From: Camelus dromedarius
Lineage: Eukaryota
NCBI RefSeq assembly: GCF_036321535.1
Contig: NC_087437.1
Location: forward strand, 8,060,001 to 8,124,000
Reading direction: 5' to 3'
DNA: 64,000 nucleotides
Below the pieces are notes generated by a model that did not search any database, was not told the origin of the DNA, and saw nothing but the letters and a program-made list of their open reading frames with translations. Position 1 is the first letter of the stretch, and each line of letters starts with the position of its first letter. Both the position numbers and the translations under genes were made by a program. Shown here one piece after another: positions 13,095-26,829 of this stretch.

Positions 13095-14326
13095 GGACAC
13101 TGATGAAAGAAACTGAAGATGACACAGATGGAAACATACCGCATTCTTGGATTGGAAGAATTAATGTTAAAATGACCATACTGCCCAGATTCAATGCAAT
13201 CCCTATCAAATTATGAATAACATTTTTCACAGAACTGGAACAAAAAAATTGTAAATTTTTATGGAAACACAAAAGACCTCAAATAGCCAAAATAATCTTG
13301 AGAAAGAAGAACAGCTGAGAGAATCACACTCCCTGACTTCAGACTATACTACAAAACTACAGTGATCAAAACAGTATGGCACTGGCACAAAAACAGACAC
13401 ATAAATTAATGGAATAAGATAAACAACCCAGAAATAAACCCATGCACTTATGGCCAATTAACCTATGACAAAGGAGGCAAGAATATACAATGGAGAAAAG
13501 ACAATCTCTTCAATAACTGGTGCTGGGAAAACTGAATAGCCACATGTAAAAGAATGAAAATAGAACATTCTCTAACACCATAGACAAAAGTAAACTCAAA
13601 ATGGATTAAATATTGAAATACAAGACAGGAAACCATAAAACTGGAGGAAAACATAGCAGAGCACAATTTAACATAAACTAAAGCAAAGGAAACAAAAACA
13701 AAAACAATCAAATGGGACCTAATTAAACTTAATAGCTTTTGTACAGCAAAGGAAATCATTGACAATTAAAAAAAAACCCTACTGAATGGGAGAAAATATT
13801 TGCAAATGATATAACCAATAAAAGGCTAACATCCAAAATATATAAAATATCAAAGAAAAATCCAATTAAAAAATGGGCAGAAGTCTTGAATAGACATTTT
13901 TCCAGTGAAGACATACAGATGGTCAACAGGCCCATGAAAAGACATTCAGCATTACTGATCATCAGAGAAATGCTAATCAAAACCACAATGAGATAGCACC
14001 TCACACCAGACAAAATGACTATCAATAAAAAGACCACAAATAACAAACGGTGAGGATGTGGAGAAAAGGGATCCTCATACACTATTGATGGGAATGGAAA
14101 TTGGTGAAGCCACTCTGGGAAATACTATAGTAGTTCCTCAAAAAACTAAAAATAAAACTACTGTATGACTCAGCAATTCCACTTCTGGGCATATATCCAA
14201 AGAAAATGAAAACACTAATTTGAAAAGATACATGCACTCAAATGTTCATAGCAGCATTATTTTTAATAGCCAAAATATAGAAGCAGGTAAGTGTCCATCA
14301 ACAGATGAATGAATAAAGATAATGTG

Positions 14327-14363
<37 letters not shown>

Positions 14364-14807
14364 ATGGAATACTACTCAGCCATAAAAATGAGGAAAATTT
14401 TGGTATTTCCAACAATGTAGATGGACCAAAGGGTATTAGGCTTAGTGAAATAAGTCAGAGAAAGAGAAATATTGTATAATATTACTCATATGTGGAATCT
14501 AAAAAAAATGAAACAAACAAATGAATATACCAAAGAGAAATAGACTCATAGATATAGAGAACAGACTAGCGGTTACCAGTGGGAAGAGGAACAGGAGAGG
14601 GGCATGAAAGGGGTAGTAATTAAGAGGTATGAATTACTATGTGTAAAATAAATAAGCTACAGGGATATACTGTACAGCACAGGGAATATGTCCAATATTT
14701 TATCATAACTTAAATGGAGTGTAATCTGTAAAAATCTTGGACCACTATACTGTACACCTTAAACTAATATAATATTGTAAATCTAGTATACTTCAATTTT
14801 TAAAAAA
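13095..14807 (+). mobile_element. L1 (L1MA9-like) ORF2 3' part plus 3'UTR, decayed
   Basis: ORF2 motifs ([31 protein letters not shown]) and 3' end tgtacaccttaaactaatataatattgtaaatc...tacttcaattttt. Confidence 0.9.
14328..14360. repeat. (TG)n microsatellite
   Basis: About 16 perfect TG units inside the L1. Confidence 0.95.
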
Positions 14808-14811
14808 GAGA

Positions 14812-15090
14812 GAAGGAGCCAAGTGGAGGTGAACAGAAGCAACCCAGCTGACAGGCAGCACCAAGGCTCCCAAAGTATGAATGGGGCCCTGGTGGACATT
14901 ACAGCATCTCCCAGGCCCAGGTGAGCACAGCCACGTGCGTGAGCTCATCCAGCATTGTGTGCAACAGAGATAAGCTGTCTTTGCTGAGTCTTCCCAGGAG
15001 TTCCTGACCCACAGAATTTTAAACAATAAATGATACTGTTTTAAGGCACTAGGTTTTGGGGTGGGTTGTGATGCAGCAATCTAATAAACC
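14812..15090 (+). mobile_element. MaLR (MLT1) LTR 3' fragment
   Basis: ttcctgacccacagaattttaaacaataaatgatactgttttaaggcactaggttttggggtgggttgtgatgcagcaat, the MLT1 3' terminus. Confidence 0.7.
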
Positions 15091-16744
15091 ATCTCTTTCC
15101 CCTACCTCCTTATCTCTGTTACTCACCTGCATTCTATCTGGATCTTTTAGGAAGCCAGGAAATGATGTCCAGATAGGAAAGACTCCCTGGAGCCAAAACG
15201 GGCCAGCAGGCTTGTCTCCTGCCCACATTTCCAAGGCCTTGTCCCATTTCCACTTTGCTTTGCCTCAGATAAAATACTAGGAATTTTCCCATTTCTGCTT
15301 TATTTTGCAATACCTCTCTCGTAATCCCAAGGCCACTACCATAGCCAGTTTGGATCTTCCCTCAAGAGACCCTAAAATCACAGTTTGCATATGGTTATTT
15401 TTGAGCACAAGGAAGATATGGCAATATCTGTATGCATGTACTTTTTTGTATTTATATTCTGTAAGTCTCAACTAAGTTGAAACTACATTTAATTCTATAT
15501 AAAGTTGAGTAATACAACCTAAACATCTGTATCTTTATTGAAGTCTCCCAGTGCCAACTAATAATGTACCAATTTCTGACAAGAAGCCCCTTTTAATTCT
15601 CTATAAAAGATGTTTTAATCCAATTTGATGTATTCAGTAGTCACAATATGAATATGAACTGACCTGAAGAGCTTATTCAGTGTTTTTAAGAGACCTAAAC
15701 TGTTTCCAATGGCAACCAGAGAATCAGCGTGACATCTCAGACTGTAATAACCTTCGAGTTCATCCATATGATGAGCCCAATGGATAACTGGGGGGTTTAT
15801 GACATCTTAATCATTGATAATTTGGTTTGTTGCTGATGAGAAGACTTTAATGTGAGGAACTTGGAGAGGGTTCCAAAGAGAGTTGCCAAGGTAATTAAAC
15901 CAGCCTTGAAAATTTGTTTGAAGAATGTGCCAGGCTGCCAAATCGGCCATCAGCCTATCTGACCCTCCTCTCCCCTCTCCTGGCCACCCCCATCTATTCA
16001 TCAGATGTTCTCAGCCTTAATTGAAATTGACAACACAGTGATGACAAAAATGTGCCGTGGCTCATGCAGCACACAGCATTCATAATCCCATACAGGCTGT
16101 GACACTAAGTGATGAGACAGAGCGTTTACACCCTGCCGACTTTCTGAAAATGTTTTAGGTAGCTTACAGTAAAAAAAAAAAAAAAAAAGCAATGAGAATT
16201 AACACAAGGTAATAGCCAGGCTTGAGTATTTTTAAATGTAAACAGGAGAAGGTAAAGTAGCAGAAATTAAATCCCAAAAAATGCTAAATGAGGAGACCTG
16301 GGATGTATGGATATAGATGTAACCTTGACTGTACAGCATGGAGGAGAGATGATAGGAGGGAGAGGGGAAAGCGCACTCACAGTGAGCTGTAGTGGGAGAT
16401 GGAGAAGGGAAAGTGGAGGCAGTGCTGACGTGTGCTGGGGTCCAGTCTCCATAAAGTGAGCTCTTCTAGGGCTTTCAAGCATCTCCTGTGATCTTCACAG
16501 GAATTGATGAGCAAATTGAGACTCAGAGCTTGAGTCTCACACAAAGTCTCACAACCAGAAAGTGATGCCTGACTAACCTAAAGCTGTATGTCTCCAAAGC
16601 CAGTATTCCTTCTGCCCCGGACTCCTCAGTCAACAGGAACTTATATAAGGGCACTAAGCAACAGAATAGTCTTACGCAGAGCAATTATTTTAGCCATGCC
16701 AGTGTGGGTCTGTTTTCAGAAGACGAGAATGTTGTAATGGGGAG

Positions 16745-16995
16745 GCATTTGTATACAGTGGTTAAGAACACAAGATCCAAAACAGGTAAAAAAAAAAAAA
16801 AATTGAATTTTATCTGCACCACTTCAAGCTGTGTGATCTTTGGCAAGATCTTGGAGCTTCCATTTCCCCATCAGAAGTGAGAACAGTTATGCCTAGTTAA
16901 TTGGATGGTGAAAGGATGACATAAAATAACACAATACAGAATGCTCAATATGGAGTTCTGAACAAAGTAGAACTTAATAAATGTAAACTATAATA
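16745..16995 (+). mobile_element. MIR
   Basis: cagtggttaagaacac...accacttcaagctgtgtgatctttggcaag...catttcccca core. Similar MIR relics at ~11240-11390, ~25880-26020 and ~31710-31860. Confidence 0.65.
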
Positions 16996-17502
16996 ATTAT
17001 TTTATCCTCATAGCTATGTATATGATTATTAAGATGACTATGATTTTTTTCTTCTGTAAACAGCTCTATTGAGGGCTAATTTACATGCCACAAAATTCCC
17101 TCATTTTATATGTACAACTCAATAATTTTTATTACATTACAGAATTATACAACCATTACCACAATCTAATATGGAACATTTCCATCATTTCAAAAAGAAA
17201 TCTCATGCCATTCGTGTCCATCTCTACACCCCTCCCCACCCCTAGGCAACTACAACTCCTCTTTCTGTCTCTACTGTTATTCTAGACTGGAACAAAGGTC
17301 AACTCTAGTAAGAAAAATATTAAAATATTAACTTAATTGAATATTAATACTTCAAAATGCATGACAAAAATTTGACAACAAAGAAGATCAGTGATAAACA
17401 CAACTGTCAAATCATTTTAAAAATGTTAGATGGTGAAGTATGTGCTTTATTACTAATGCATTAAATAACAAGATCTAGTAGTGGCTCTAATAACAACTGA
17501 GA

Positions 17503-17639
17503 TTTTTTAAAATTTTATTTAATTTATTATTTAGGGGGATAATTAGGTATTTATTTGTTTATATGGTGGTACTGAGGATTGAACCCAGGACCTCATGCAC
17601 GCTAAGCACATGCTCTACCACTGAGCTGTACCCTCCGCC
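17503..17639 (-). mobile_element. Vic-1-type tRNA-derived SINE, inserted in a Charlie4a-like fragment
   Basis: A box CAGCTCAGTGG and B box GGTTCAATCC on the minus strand; taacaactg repeated on both sides (17491, 17640). Confidence 0.88.
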
Positions 17640-19110
17640 TAACAACTGTAATTTTAAAGTAATGGTGAGTATTAAGGATAATTTGAGTATCTGAAACAAG
17701 TATAATATGAAAGAAAGATGATTTCTTCTTTTTTAACTTGTGTAAATGGAGTCTTTTACTGAATGAAAGATTCTTTAAATTCTCTAATGCTTTACAATTT
17801 TCAAAAGTTTCACACACGTAATTTCATATAATCCCATAATAACGCTTTTCTTTCCCCTACCCCTATATTGCCCCTCTCTTTCCTGTCCCCTCTGGTAACC
17901 AGTAGTTTGTTCTCTATAAGATGGCCATGCTTTTACTGAAGTATTTACAGGTAAAATAACATACTTCCTAGAATTTGCCTCAGAATATTTTAGCTTAAAA
18001 AGAGGACTGAGGGGAGTTATTACGTGGGAATAGAAGGAACAAGACCAACAATGCTAACGATTGTTGAAATTGGGCAAAGCATGTGCATAAGGTTCATTTT
18101 ACTCTTCTCTCCACATTTGTGTCTATTTGAAAATTTCTGCAATAAAAAAGTTTTTTTAAAATGTTCCTGATTGGAATACCAAAAGGACACTTGGTTGAAA
18201 AGCACCAGGACTCAAGACTGAGAAGATAAAATTGAATTTGAGGGAAGCCTGGCCTCTTTTCCAAAGGCTTCGTGGATCTGCTCCAAGCCTAGAATTAACA
18301 CACTCTGGAACCCAAACTGCGCATCACAAAATGGGAATGGAGTGTCCTTGTCCTTCTGAAGTTTGAAGATAGAAGTTATCAGATGGTCTGCAGAGCTAAA
18401 GCTAATTATTTTTCCAACCTCATCACCCTGGTTTACCTTCTCCCCACTTGCATCCATTGGTATCCAGCATTTTTATCTCTTCTGTTCCTACTCTCCACCC
18501 CACCCCCAAAACACACAGCTTCCCTGTCCCTTTGAACTTCCCTCTACCTACGAGGGATTCCAGCTAAATGTCTATGGTTGGCCTTCCCCAGATCTCCTTA
18601 CAATGCTTCTTTCCCCATAGCCTTGAATGTCCCTATTAGCAATACACTTCTTGAATTAAACTAGCACGTTTTTAAAGGCATATACGCTTTCAAGAAGGCA
18701 ACCACATTGCTACCTATTTGTATGAATTAATTGATCGTAAATTAAGTAGCATGAGATTGTAGAGTGTACTGACTGTGGAAAGAAGACATTGTTCAGAAAG
18801 AGGAGATCATACTGAAAGGCAAATTCACAATTTTGTTCTATAGTGTTTCCCAAAGAATTGTCTCACGTTTGTATCCTGCACTCCTGCTTCTTAACAAACC
18901 TACCTGTCCTCTGTCACATGATAGCCCACTTTCTGTTTTCTAACCTAGATAATGTGACCAGCTTCTCCTGGGTAAGGTGGAAATGGCTAACACAGTCTAC
19001 ATCCCAAGGTGGAAGCCTCCTAGGGAGACGGTCGGTACATGGAGATAAAACGCAGACCTTAGAGTCTCCACAAGCAGTCCTCTATTTCAGTCATCAATGC
19101 CACAAGGTGA

Positions 19111-19288
19111 GGGGGAGGGTATAGCTCAGTGGTAGAGTGCCTGCTTACCACGCACAAGGTCCTGAGTTCAATCCCCAGTACTGCCATTAAAAATAAATAA
19201 ACCTTATTACCCCCTCTAAAAATAAAAATTAAAAAATAATAAACACTTTTTTGGAAAAGAAAGAGAAATGTTTTAAAATAAATAAGTA
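19111..19288 (+). mobile_element. Vic-1-type SINE with 15-bp target-site duplication
   Basis: ggggagggtatagctcagtggtagag...gagttcaatccccagtac plus A-rich tail. Flanked by aatgccacaaggtga (19096-19110) and aatgccacaaggcga (19289-19303). Confidence 0.92.
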
Positions 19289-19893
19289 AATGCCACAAGG
19301 CGAAATGGTAGAATTTTATTTATGTTATTAAAAATCAGTTGTGCATTTGCTTTCTGAAGTCGGATTGGACTATGAAGGTACAACCCTTCACCAGCTCATT
19401 TCACCTCTTCTCTTCGCCATGTCACCCTGTCACATGTAACCACCATGGGAACCCATTTTAGGAAGGTAGAATCCAATACAGCTAGTTTTAGCATTTTCCC
19501 ACAAGTATGAGTAGTGATAAGACCAGTATTTCTAGGATCTATGTAACAAGCTGCTGCCAGTGGAATAGCCTCATTGTTTCAATTTCACCCAAATCCTGCA
19601 GTTTACTCAGTTAATGTCTCTGGCTCCTTGCATAAATTGATTGGAGATATTTGTCTCCAGTCAAATTATTTTATGAAACTTGAAATTACCTTCAGTATCA
19701 AGTTATCTTTCTTTGAGAAATCGACTGCTAAGTAACAAAATGTTAGCCCAACGTCATCTCACTTACAGATTTCAGCCACAAAAGGGTTTTCCACGTTTAT
19801 TACCAACCCAAGCCACCTGTTTTCTATTCTTTCTGTAGATAGAAGCTATAAAAGGTCAAGTCAAAGCACTTCTATTAAGAAATAATATATTCT

Positions 19894-20192
19894 AAACAGA
19901 AATAGATCCACAGACACAGAAAACAAACTTATGGTTACCAAAGGGGAAATAGGAGGAGGAGGGATAAATTAGGAGTTTGGGATATGCAGATACAAATTAC
20001 TATATGTAAAATAGATAAACAAGGACCTACTGTCTAGCACAGGGAACTACATTCATTATCTTGTAATAATCTATAATGGAAAAGAATCTGAAAAACAGTA
20101 GTTATGTATATATGTGTAACTGAATCACTTTACTGTACACCAGAAATTATCACAACATTGCAGATTAACTGTACTTCAATTTTTAAAAAAAG
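19894..20192 (+). mobile_element. 5'-truncated L1 3' end with 16-bp target-site duplication
   Basis: Flanked by agaaataatatattct (19878-19893) and agaaataaaatattct (20193-20208). Confidence 0.9.
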
Positions 20193-21409
20193 AGAAATAA
20201 AATATTCTTCCCTGAAAATTCTACATAAATTCTTTGGTCTTTCCCTGAAAGATACAACAGAAGCCCAGAGATAGTTAGACCTGTTCCCTTAGTCTGTGGT
20301 TGCCTTCATCATTGCTTGTGATTGAAAGCTTTCCAAAAACCGTCTGGGCCTCTGTGCATCACTCCAGTGACCTCGCATTAACCTGAGTAACTAGACTGCA
20401 GCTAAGGCACCTCACACCTGAGTTTTCCCTGCTGCCAGTCTTTCATGCCCACACCTTATTACTAAAGCAATTTAAAGAACTGTATTCTGGAAAAAAAAAT
20501 TCTTTATGTGTTATTTTTGCCCCTTTAGATTTTTCTCTTCAGTTGGATGAATTAGCCCTAGCCCGGCTAATTAACTCTCGTGCAACCCATCTGTGTGTGT
20601 GAATACTCCGTTGTTCTGTTTTTTGGTCTTTAGCTGCAGTTATCCACTGACCTGTCTATTGCTCCTTCTAGACAGAGAGTTTCTTCATGGCAGCGGTCAT
20701 CTTTCATACACCTGTCACTAATCATCTCTGACAATGCCTGGTGCACAGAAAACGCTCAGAAGTTTGTGTTGAGCACACAGCCCATACTACATAGTGCCCA
20801 GTGTGTAATACCATGTCTGACACATAAGTATTTCTACATCAGCTTTGTTATTCTTTAATAACTGCAGTCAGTCTAAATATGGACGTAAAGTATGTATTTA
20901 TATCTCTCAGTTGGCCCTTTCCATCTGTCTTCTGTTCTAGGAAATTTCCTTTATTTCTCTGAGCATATCCTTCATTCCATTTCTCATTCCAAGAGACTAG
21001 CTTTTCTCCTAAAACTCCCATTAACTGAATGTTACACCTCCTAAATCTGTTCTCTCTCTCTCTCCCAACCTCATTTTCATACTTTCCATTGATTTATCTC
21101 TTTATCCCTTTGTGCAGTGTTCTAAGAGAAATTTCTTTACCTTGAGTTCTCAGCTGTATCCATTGGTTCATCTATTAAATTTTTCCTAATACTGTATCTC
21201 TAATTTACATACAGTGAAATGTGAAAAAAGTGTGTGTGCGCATACACAAATATATACATACATAAATGTAATATAATAAATATACATTAAGTACATGTAT
21301 GTATGTATATATATATTTTTTCAACTTTAATCTTTATTAATATCCCAACCCTTGATTTGAAAATCACTGCTCTGAAAAGTCTCTGGAAAAAAACCTCTGC
21401 TGGCAAATA

Positions 21410-21682
21410 GCCTCTTCAAAACACTTACATTTCAGCGGGAGTTACAATCTTAAATGCCTTTTGGAACCAAGTAGAACCTTTAACTATATAAAATACCTGG
21501 AATAAATAGAAAAAAATAATGAAATAAAATGAACTGAAATAGAAAATATCAGCTCATTCCATGTAGTAAAGGTCAGTATTGTTTTGTGAAATCTGCACTA
21601 TGTATGAGTGCCGTGTCCTGGCTTTCAATGTAAGAGGTATTTTGATTGAGCATCCCAGTCACAGGAGTTTGAAAGGCATGGT
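21410..21682. mobile_element. hAT-Charlie MITE (MER102-like)
   Basis: gaaatagaaaatatcag...gtagtaaaggtcagtattgttttgtgaaa...agtttgaaaggcatgg; subfamily from recall. Confidence 0.5.
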
Positions 21683-22357
21683 GAAAGCATAGTTGTGGGT
21701 TCTCCAGTCACTGAGCAGAAAGATCTATGTCTAAAACATCAGGAGGTTGATTTGAGGCTGTCAAGGCTTCTTTACGATAGAATCAAGGGATGTGAAGGTC
21801 TCACTCTGTCGTAGTGGTAACAAAATTAGGGTGCTCTACCGAGAAGGTAGCATCGCTCCTTCCCCACTATCATCAGCTTCTTGTCTGAGGGCAGACAAGA
21901 CTGTTAGCCCCATCCAGGCTGGAATCTGAGCCTCCCAAAGTGGCGTTTTTAAAAGTATGATATAAAGGCACTGACATCTTCAAATTTTTCCAAGTAGATG
22001 AAAAAAGTATTTGCTTTCTGTGAGAATTCAGCTTGCCCATTATCTTTGCACGTGAAATTAATTCAACCAATATTTTTCAGAAGTTTGTGCTTCTTGGATT
22101 TTTTATTAGTTTAAACCAGCTCTGCTCCCCAGAGTCCAGTGAGCATGATGCTGAGCCCCACCACGTCGCATTAGAGCAGGTTCTCCACGAGAACACACAT
22201 CCTTCCCGCACCCTTCACAATTCCCATTTGTTCCTCCGCCAACGTGATAAACAGAAACTGTGATTTCCCTGAAGACCAAACTACATTCTTATGAGCTCTG
22301 ACTGCAAGGAATACAAGATCCTTTGTTCATTTAGCAGAAATGGAACTCCTCTGCCAA

Positions 22358-22800
22358 AAGGTGTCATCTTAACCTGGGGTTGATGCACATCCTTGAATAG
22401 AAGAAATGTATTTTCACAACATCCAACTGAAGTTGAGCACTTCCTTCAATTAGGAATGTAGGCAACAAACTGCTGTACTGTGTGCAGTACCTCTGACTGT
22501 GTTACATATAGAATCACAGATATTTTCATATCACATCAGAGGTGTTGCAAACATCTCAAAATACCACTTATGCTCATCATTACTTTGAAATATGCCAGTT
22601 ATTTGACCTGACACTAGATCTTTTTATTTAATGTGTTAGTAAATATCATATGTATCACAGTATTTTTAAGATTTGATAACTTAATTTCAATGTAATTGAT
22701 TTACTTTGTAATCTTAGGCATTTTATTTTATGCATTTAAAGACACTATTCTGAAAAGAAAGCCACGGGGGTCACCAAGTTCCTGAAGTTTGTCATGCCCA
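22358..22800 (+). mobile_element. Charlie4a-like hAT DNA transposon
   Basis: ccttcaattaggaatgtaggcaacaaac...gaatcacagatattttcatatcacat...ctagatc...tatgcatttaaagacactattctga. A reverse-oriented relative lies at ~17400-17710. Confidence 0.75.
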
Positions 22801-22822
22801 GCTCATATTAGCCCTGTACAAG

Positions 22823-23280
22823 TTTTTTTTTTTATTGAAGTATAGTTGATTTATAGTGTTGTTGTTTCTGGTATACAGCAAAGTGATTTCAGTTTTTTAT
22901 ATATATTCTGTTTCATTTTAGATTATTACAAGCTATTGAATATAGTTCCCTGTGCTATACAGTAGGACCTTGTTGTGTATCTATTTTGTATATAGTAGTT
23001 TGTATCTGCTGATCGCAAACTCTTAATTTATCCTTCCCCATCACTTTTCCCTTTGGTAACCATAAGTTTGTTTCTATGTCTGTGAGTCTGTTTCTGCTTT
23101 GTAAATAAATTCATTTGTGTCATTTTTTTTAGATTCCACATATAAATGATATCACATATCATCTGTCCTTCTCTGTCTGACTTCCTTCACTTAGCATAAT
23201 AATCTCTAGGTCCATCCATGTTGCTGAAAATGGCATTATTTCATACTTTTTTATGGCTGAACAGTATGCCATTTATATAT
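22823..23280 (-). mobile_element. 5'-truncated L1 3' end
   Basis: Poly-T then ttattgaagtatagttgatt...ggtaaccataagtttg...tccatccatgttgctg. Confidence 0.9.
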
Positions 23281-24039
23281 GTAGCTCTGTATATGTTTTC
23301 ATTACACAAATTAAAATAAATGTCAGGAGTTACTGGTGGAAGGTGGATACAGAGTCATGGCTATGTGATAGAGGGAATTAAGTTAAAAAGAAAATGAGAA
23401 AAATATAATGTTACTAAATAAAACCCCACTATGTGTGATATGATCCCATTAAGGCTTGTTTATATAATTTTATGCTTATCTATAAAGCAGAATTTTAAAT
23501 CTCTTTTAAGTATTGGGAGTCACCCTTTCCTAATGCTATACTGAGAGTTTAAAGATAAAGAATTCCATAGAAGAAGCCAAATAGGAGGCATCTGCAGAAA
23601 GACCGACCACAGCAAACTGAACCACTGAGACTACACGCTGCCTTTCTCTGAGTGTAGAACCAGTCCCAAGTTACTGGATTTCAGTAGATTTTCATTAAAA
23701 AGTAAGACAGGTGAGAATTTAAGGAAAACATTATCATCTGTGCTGTGAAAATCTTTCAAAAACTTGTAGCTTCTTGGCAGCTCTCTTGAGGACAAAAAAA
23801 TAAGTGGCAAATGATGTGTCACAAGATATATTATGAGAAAGCCAAGCACACCTGTAGAGTCTAGCAGGGTCCTTCCCCAGGTTACCCATCACCTGCAGAT
23901 GTCCTGGTGTGCTGACTCTCTCTGAACTTGCCACGTCTGAGGACTGTTCCCTTTCGGTCAGTTAAGTCCAAAGTAATCTTCAGTCTTTCTGGGTTATCCT
24001 TCCTTCTAAGAAGATAGTCACGCCTAAAGGTTAGACTAT

Positions 24040-24172
24040 GGAGAGGGGAGGGTATAGCTCAGTGGTAGGGTACATGCCCAGCACACATGAGGCCCTGGGT
24101 TCAGTCCCCAGTACCTCCATCAAAATAAATAAACAAACACAATTACCTCCCTCCTACAAAAGAAAAAAAAAA
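24040..24172 (+). mobile_element. Vic-1-type SINE
   Basis: A/B boxes and A tail; gttagacta duplicated at 24030-24038 and 24173-24181. Confidence 0.9.
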
Positions 24173-26829
24173 GTTAGACTACAGGCACCATCCACTAAGT
24201 TTCCATTCACCCTCAATCCATTTTTCTTACTGCAACCAAAATTACTGTTTCTAAACCCAAATGTGACTCTCTCAAGCTCTCCGTTCAGAATCTTTTTAGT
24301 CTCCCCATTTCCCTTCAGATCTGGACAGAGTTCCTTCACATGGCTACAACACCCTATGGGGTCTCACCTAAGCCTGCTTCTCCCGCCTGACCCACCACCA
24401 TGCCCCTCCGTCTCCACTCCGCACACCCAGCCCTCCTGTTCTCTGTCCTCCCTGTGCCCCCCTGTCCTCAGGGCCCTTTCTGTGTGCTCATGCCCCTGGC
24501 TAGGACTCTCTTCCCTCCTCCTCACCAAGCCTGTGCATCTTTCAGACCTCAGCCTCAATCTCAGTTTCTTCAGTACTTCAGACTCTCTGAGATGAGAGTG
24601 TGTCCTACAAGTCAGTGGAGTCTCGCAAGCACTCTTGGCCCAGATTAAAGTCAAATTCTTCCAACAAGAATTGCATTTGCCTCTGCCAGTCATCTTAGGA
24701 AACTACCAATTTGAAATTACTTTAAATTCTCTGCTTGAGCTTTTTGGACGTATCATTTATGTGAATTCAAATGGAAAACCATTAAGCACTGAAACGTTGA
24801 CGTTGACATTGGAACTCGCGGGGAGTTTTATTTTCCTCCTTCAACTCAGTGCCAAGGTTGTGACAAGTGAGTTCCCTTGCTGTCCTTTTCTGTCAGATCA
24901 CTGATTTCTCGTTTGCCCTTTTACTGGGGTAGCCCAGCTTCATTTGGAGTTTCCTTTTAAGATTTCCATCATGGATGGTTTTCTTCTTGGTGGTACATAG
25001 AATAACCATGCATCATTTAAGAACCCCCTCTAAGTTTTGATGGAATCCTGAGGTTTGAATTCCCCAGTTAGAGGCTTTCTTGGTATTCTGTGCAGCTCCA
25101 GTCACAGTTTTCTCACTTGTCATCATTGTGATTTCAGCTTTGTGTCCATCGTGAGGTTAAATCTACTTCCCTTACTAGACCATGAGCTCTGAAGACCAGA
25201 ACATGAGACCTTATTTTTCTTATCATTGCAATCCTAGAGCCTTGCACAAAGCTTGATTGAATAGTAGGTGTTCATTTAATATTAATTAAAGGAATGAATG
25301 GCGTGATGGAAGGTTGGAATGAATGAGGTAACTCCTTTGCAGCATAACTGATAGACATGCTGTCAAGATCATGGCCCATTTGACCCACTTCCTTTTCCAA
25401 TCAACCAGACTATGAAGTTTCATATGTAATGCCACAAGACTTAGAAACACACCTCCCGGATCCTTCAGACCTCTATTTCATCCTTCTTTTACCTCTCAGT
25501 CACTTCCTGCCTTTCGCCTTCCCCTAATTCTCCACCCGACCCTTTGGCGGGAAAGCCTCCTCCACCTGCCGTGAACAACGGGCATGCATCGGTGCTGATC
25601 TGCGTGGACCTCAGCTCACCAGCCACATCCTCTGGTTTTCCCTAACACGATGCCATTATTTATTTGGGGTGAGGACATGTAGAGCAGTCATGAGCCCCGA
25701 GCTGAACACCCAAGTGAGCCTCGGACCCCTCAAAGCCCAGGATGAGATCCAGGTTTCTTAGTCTCTGGGACCCCTAGTTCCATTACTGCTCAGCAAGCCA
25801 GTCCTGCTAGACTTTTCTTAGTTGTGAGCATATTATTCTCCAGACTCTAAGCTCTTTGTGCCCAGGGACCACGTACAAGCATTGTGGTTTAGAGCCCTGG
25901 ATTTGGAGTTAAACTGCATTTGAATCCTTGCTCTGCCACTGTGTTGTCTCAGGCAAACTCCTTAATCTCCCTGTGTCTGTTTCCATTAGTAAAATAAAGA
26001 TAATAGCTACTTCATGGTATATAAAGTGTTGGGCAGAGCAGACTCCCAGTAATACTGACCGAGGTTATTATCCTATGGCACTGAGCCCCTGTTTCTTTGT
26101 TTTTTTTTTTTTTACTTTGTTTCTGCCTTTTCTATTTTGAGTTCCAGTGTCTACTCTGTACCCTAGATTCTAGGACTAGGGGCCTGTGACAATGCTATGT
26201 GCAGCTGGACACTTGAGACACCTGCTGTTTATCTGCCTCCCTGGTGTCCAGGCATAAGCAGCTGTCAAAGACCCCCATCATCTGCTCCACCCTCCTGCCA
26301 GCTCCCTCACAGCTCACTAAATCTTCATGCTTAACAGGATTCTCACTTGAAGCCCGCCACACTCTTCTCTGATATCCCACCTGCCGGCTGGCAGGGGGAT
26401 CTGCTCAGAAGCATCACTCTCTCCCTTTTTACTATTTAGTTTCCAGGATTCAGCCCTAGCCAGATGGCCAGTTCTACAACCTTCAGAATCCAAGGTCTGT
26501 CACCAAGAAAGTCACTTCTGATTTAAAAGACATAAATAAAATACAAACCATGGTCTCTACCAAAGCTGCCTTCAGGCCAAATTTCCAAAGTCAGGAAAGA
26601 CTGATTTCCCCACAGTATTTCAGCCTCCATCCCTCATGGGTCTTCACGCTGCCACGTGGCCTCCCTCCATGGACCACTGTGTTTCCCCCGGAGTTTCGTC
26701 CCTGCCTCTCTCACCCCAACCATCAAGACTTAAAGTCAGTATTCTACGCCCTCAGTGCCCACTTGACAATAATAGACAAGGGCATCTGCATCCGCTATTA
26801 TCAGATCTGATTCTGGTCCAGCCCGTCAA

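Noticed and set aside
4080..14807. Idea that the L1 5' half (4080-6735) and 3' half (13095-14807) are one rearranged element
   Set aside because: They are separated by about 6 kb of older sequence, point away from each other and share no target-site duplication; unsupported without outgroup alignment.
19111..19190. tRNA-Ala-like genes (this and the eight similar copies)
   Set aside because: A/B boxes are present, but the copies are diverged and carry A-rich tails and target-site duplications: SINEs, not tRNA genes.
24038..24595. Longest ORF in the track (185 aa)
   Set aside because: Starts inside a SINE and runs through pyrimidine-rich L2-like sequence; low-complexity Ser/Pro/Leu product with no splice support.
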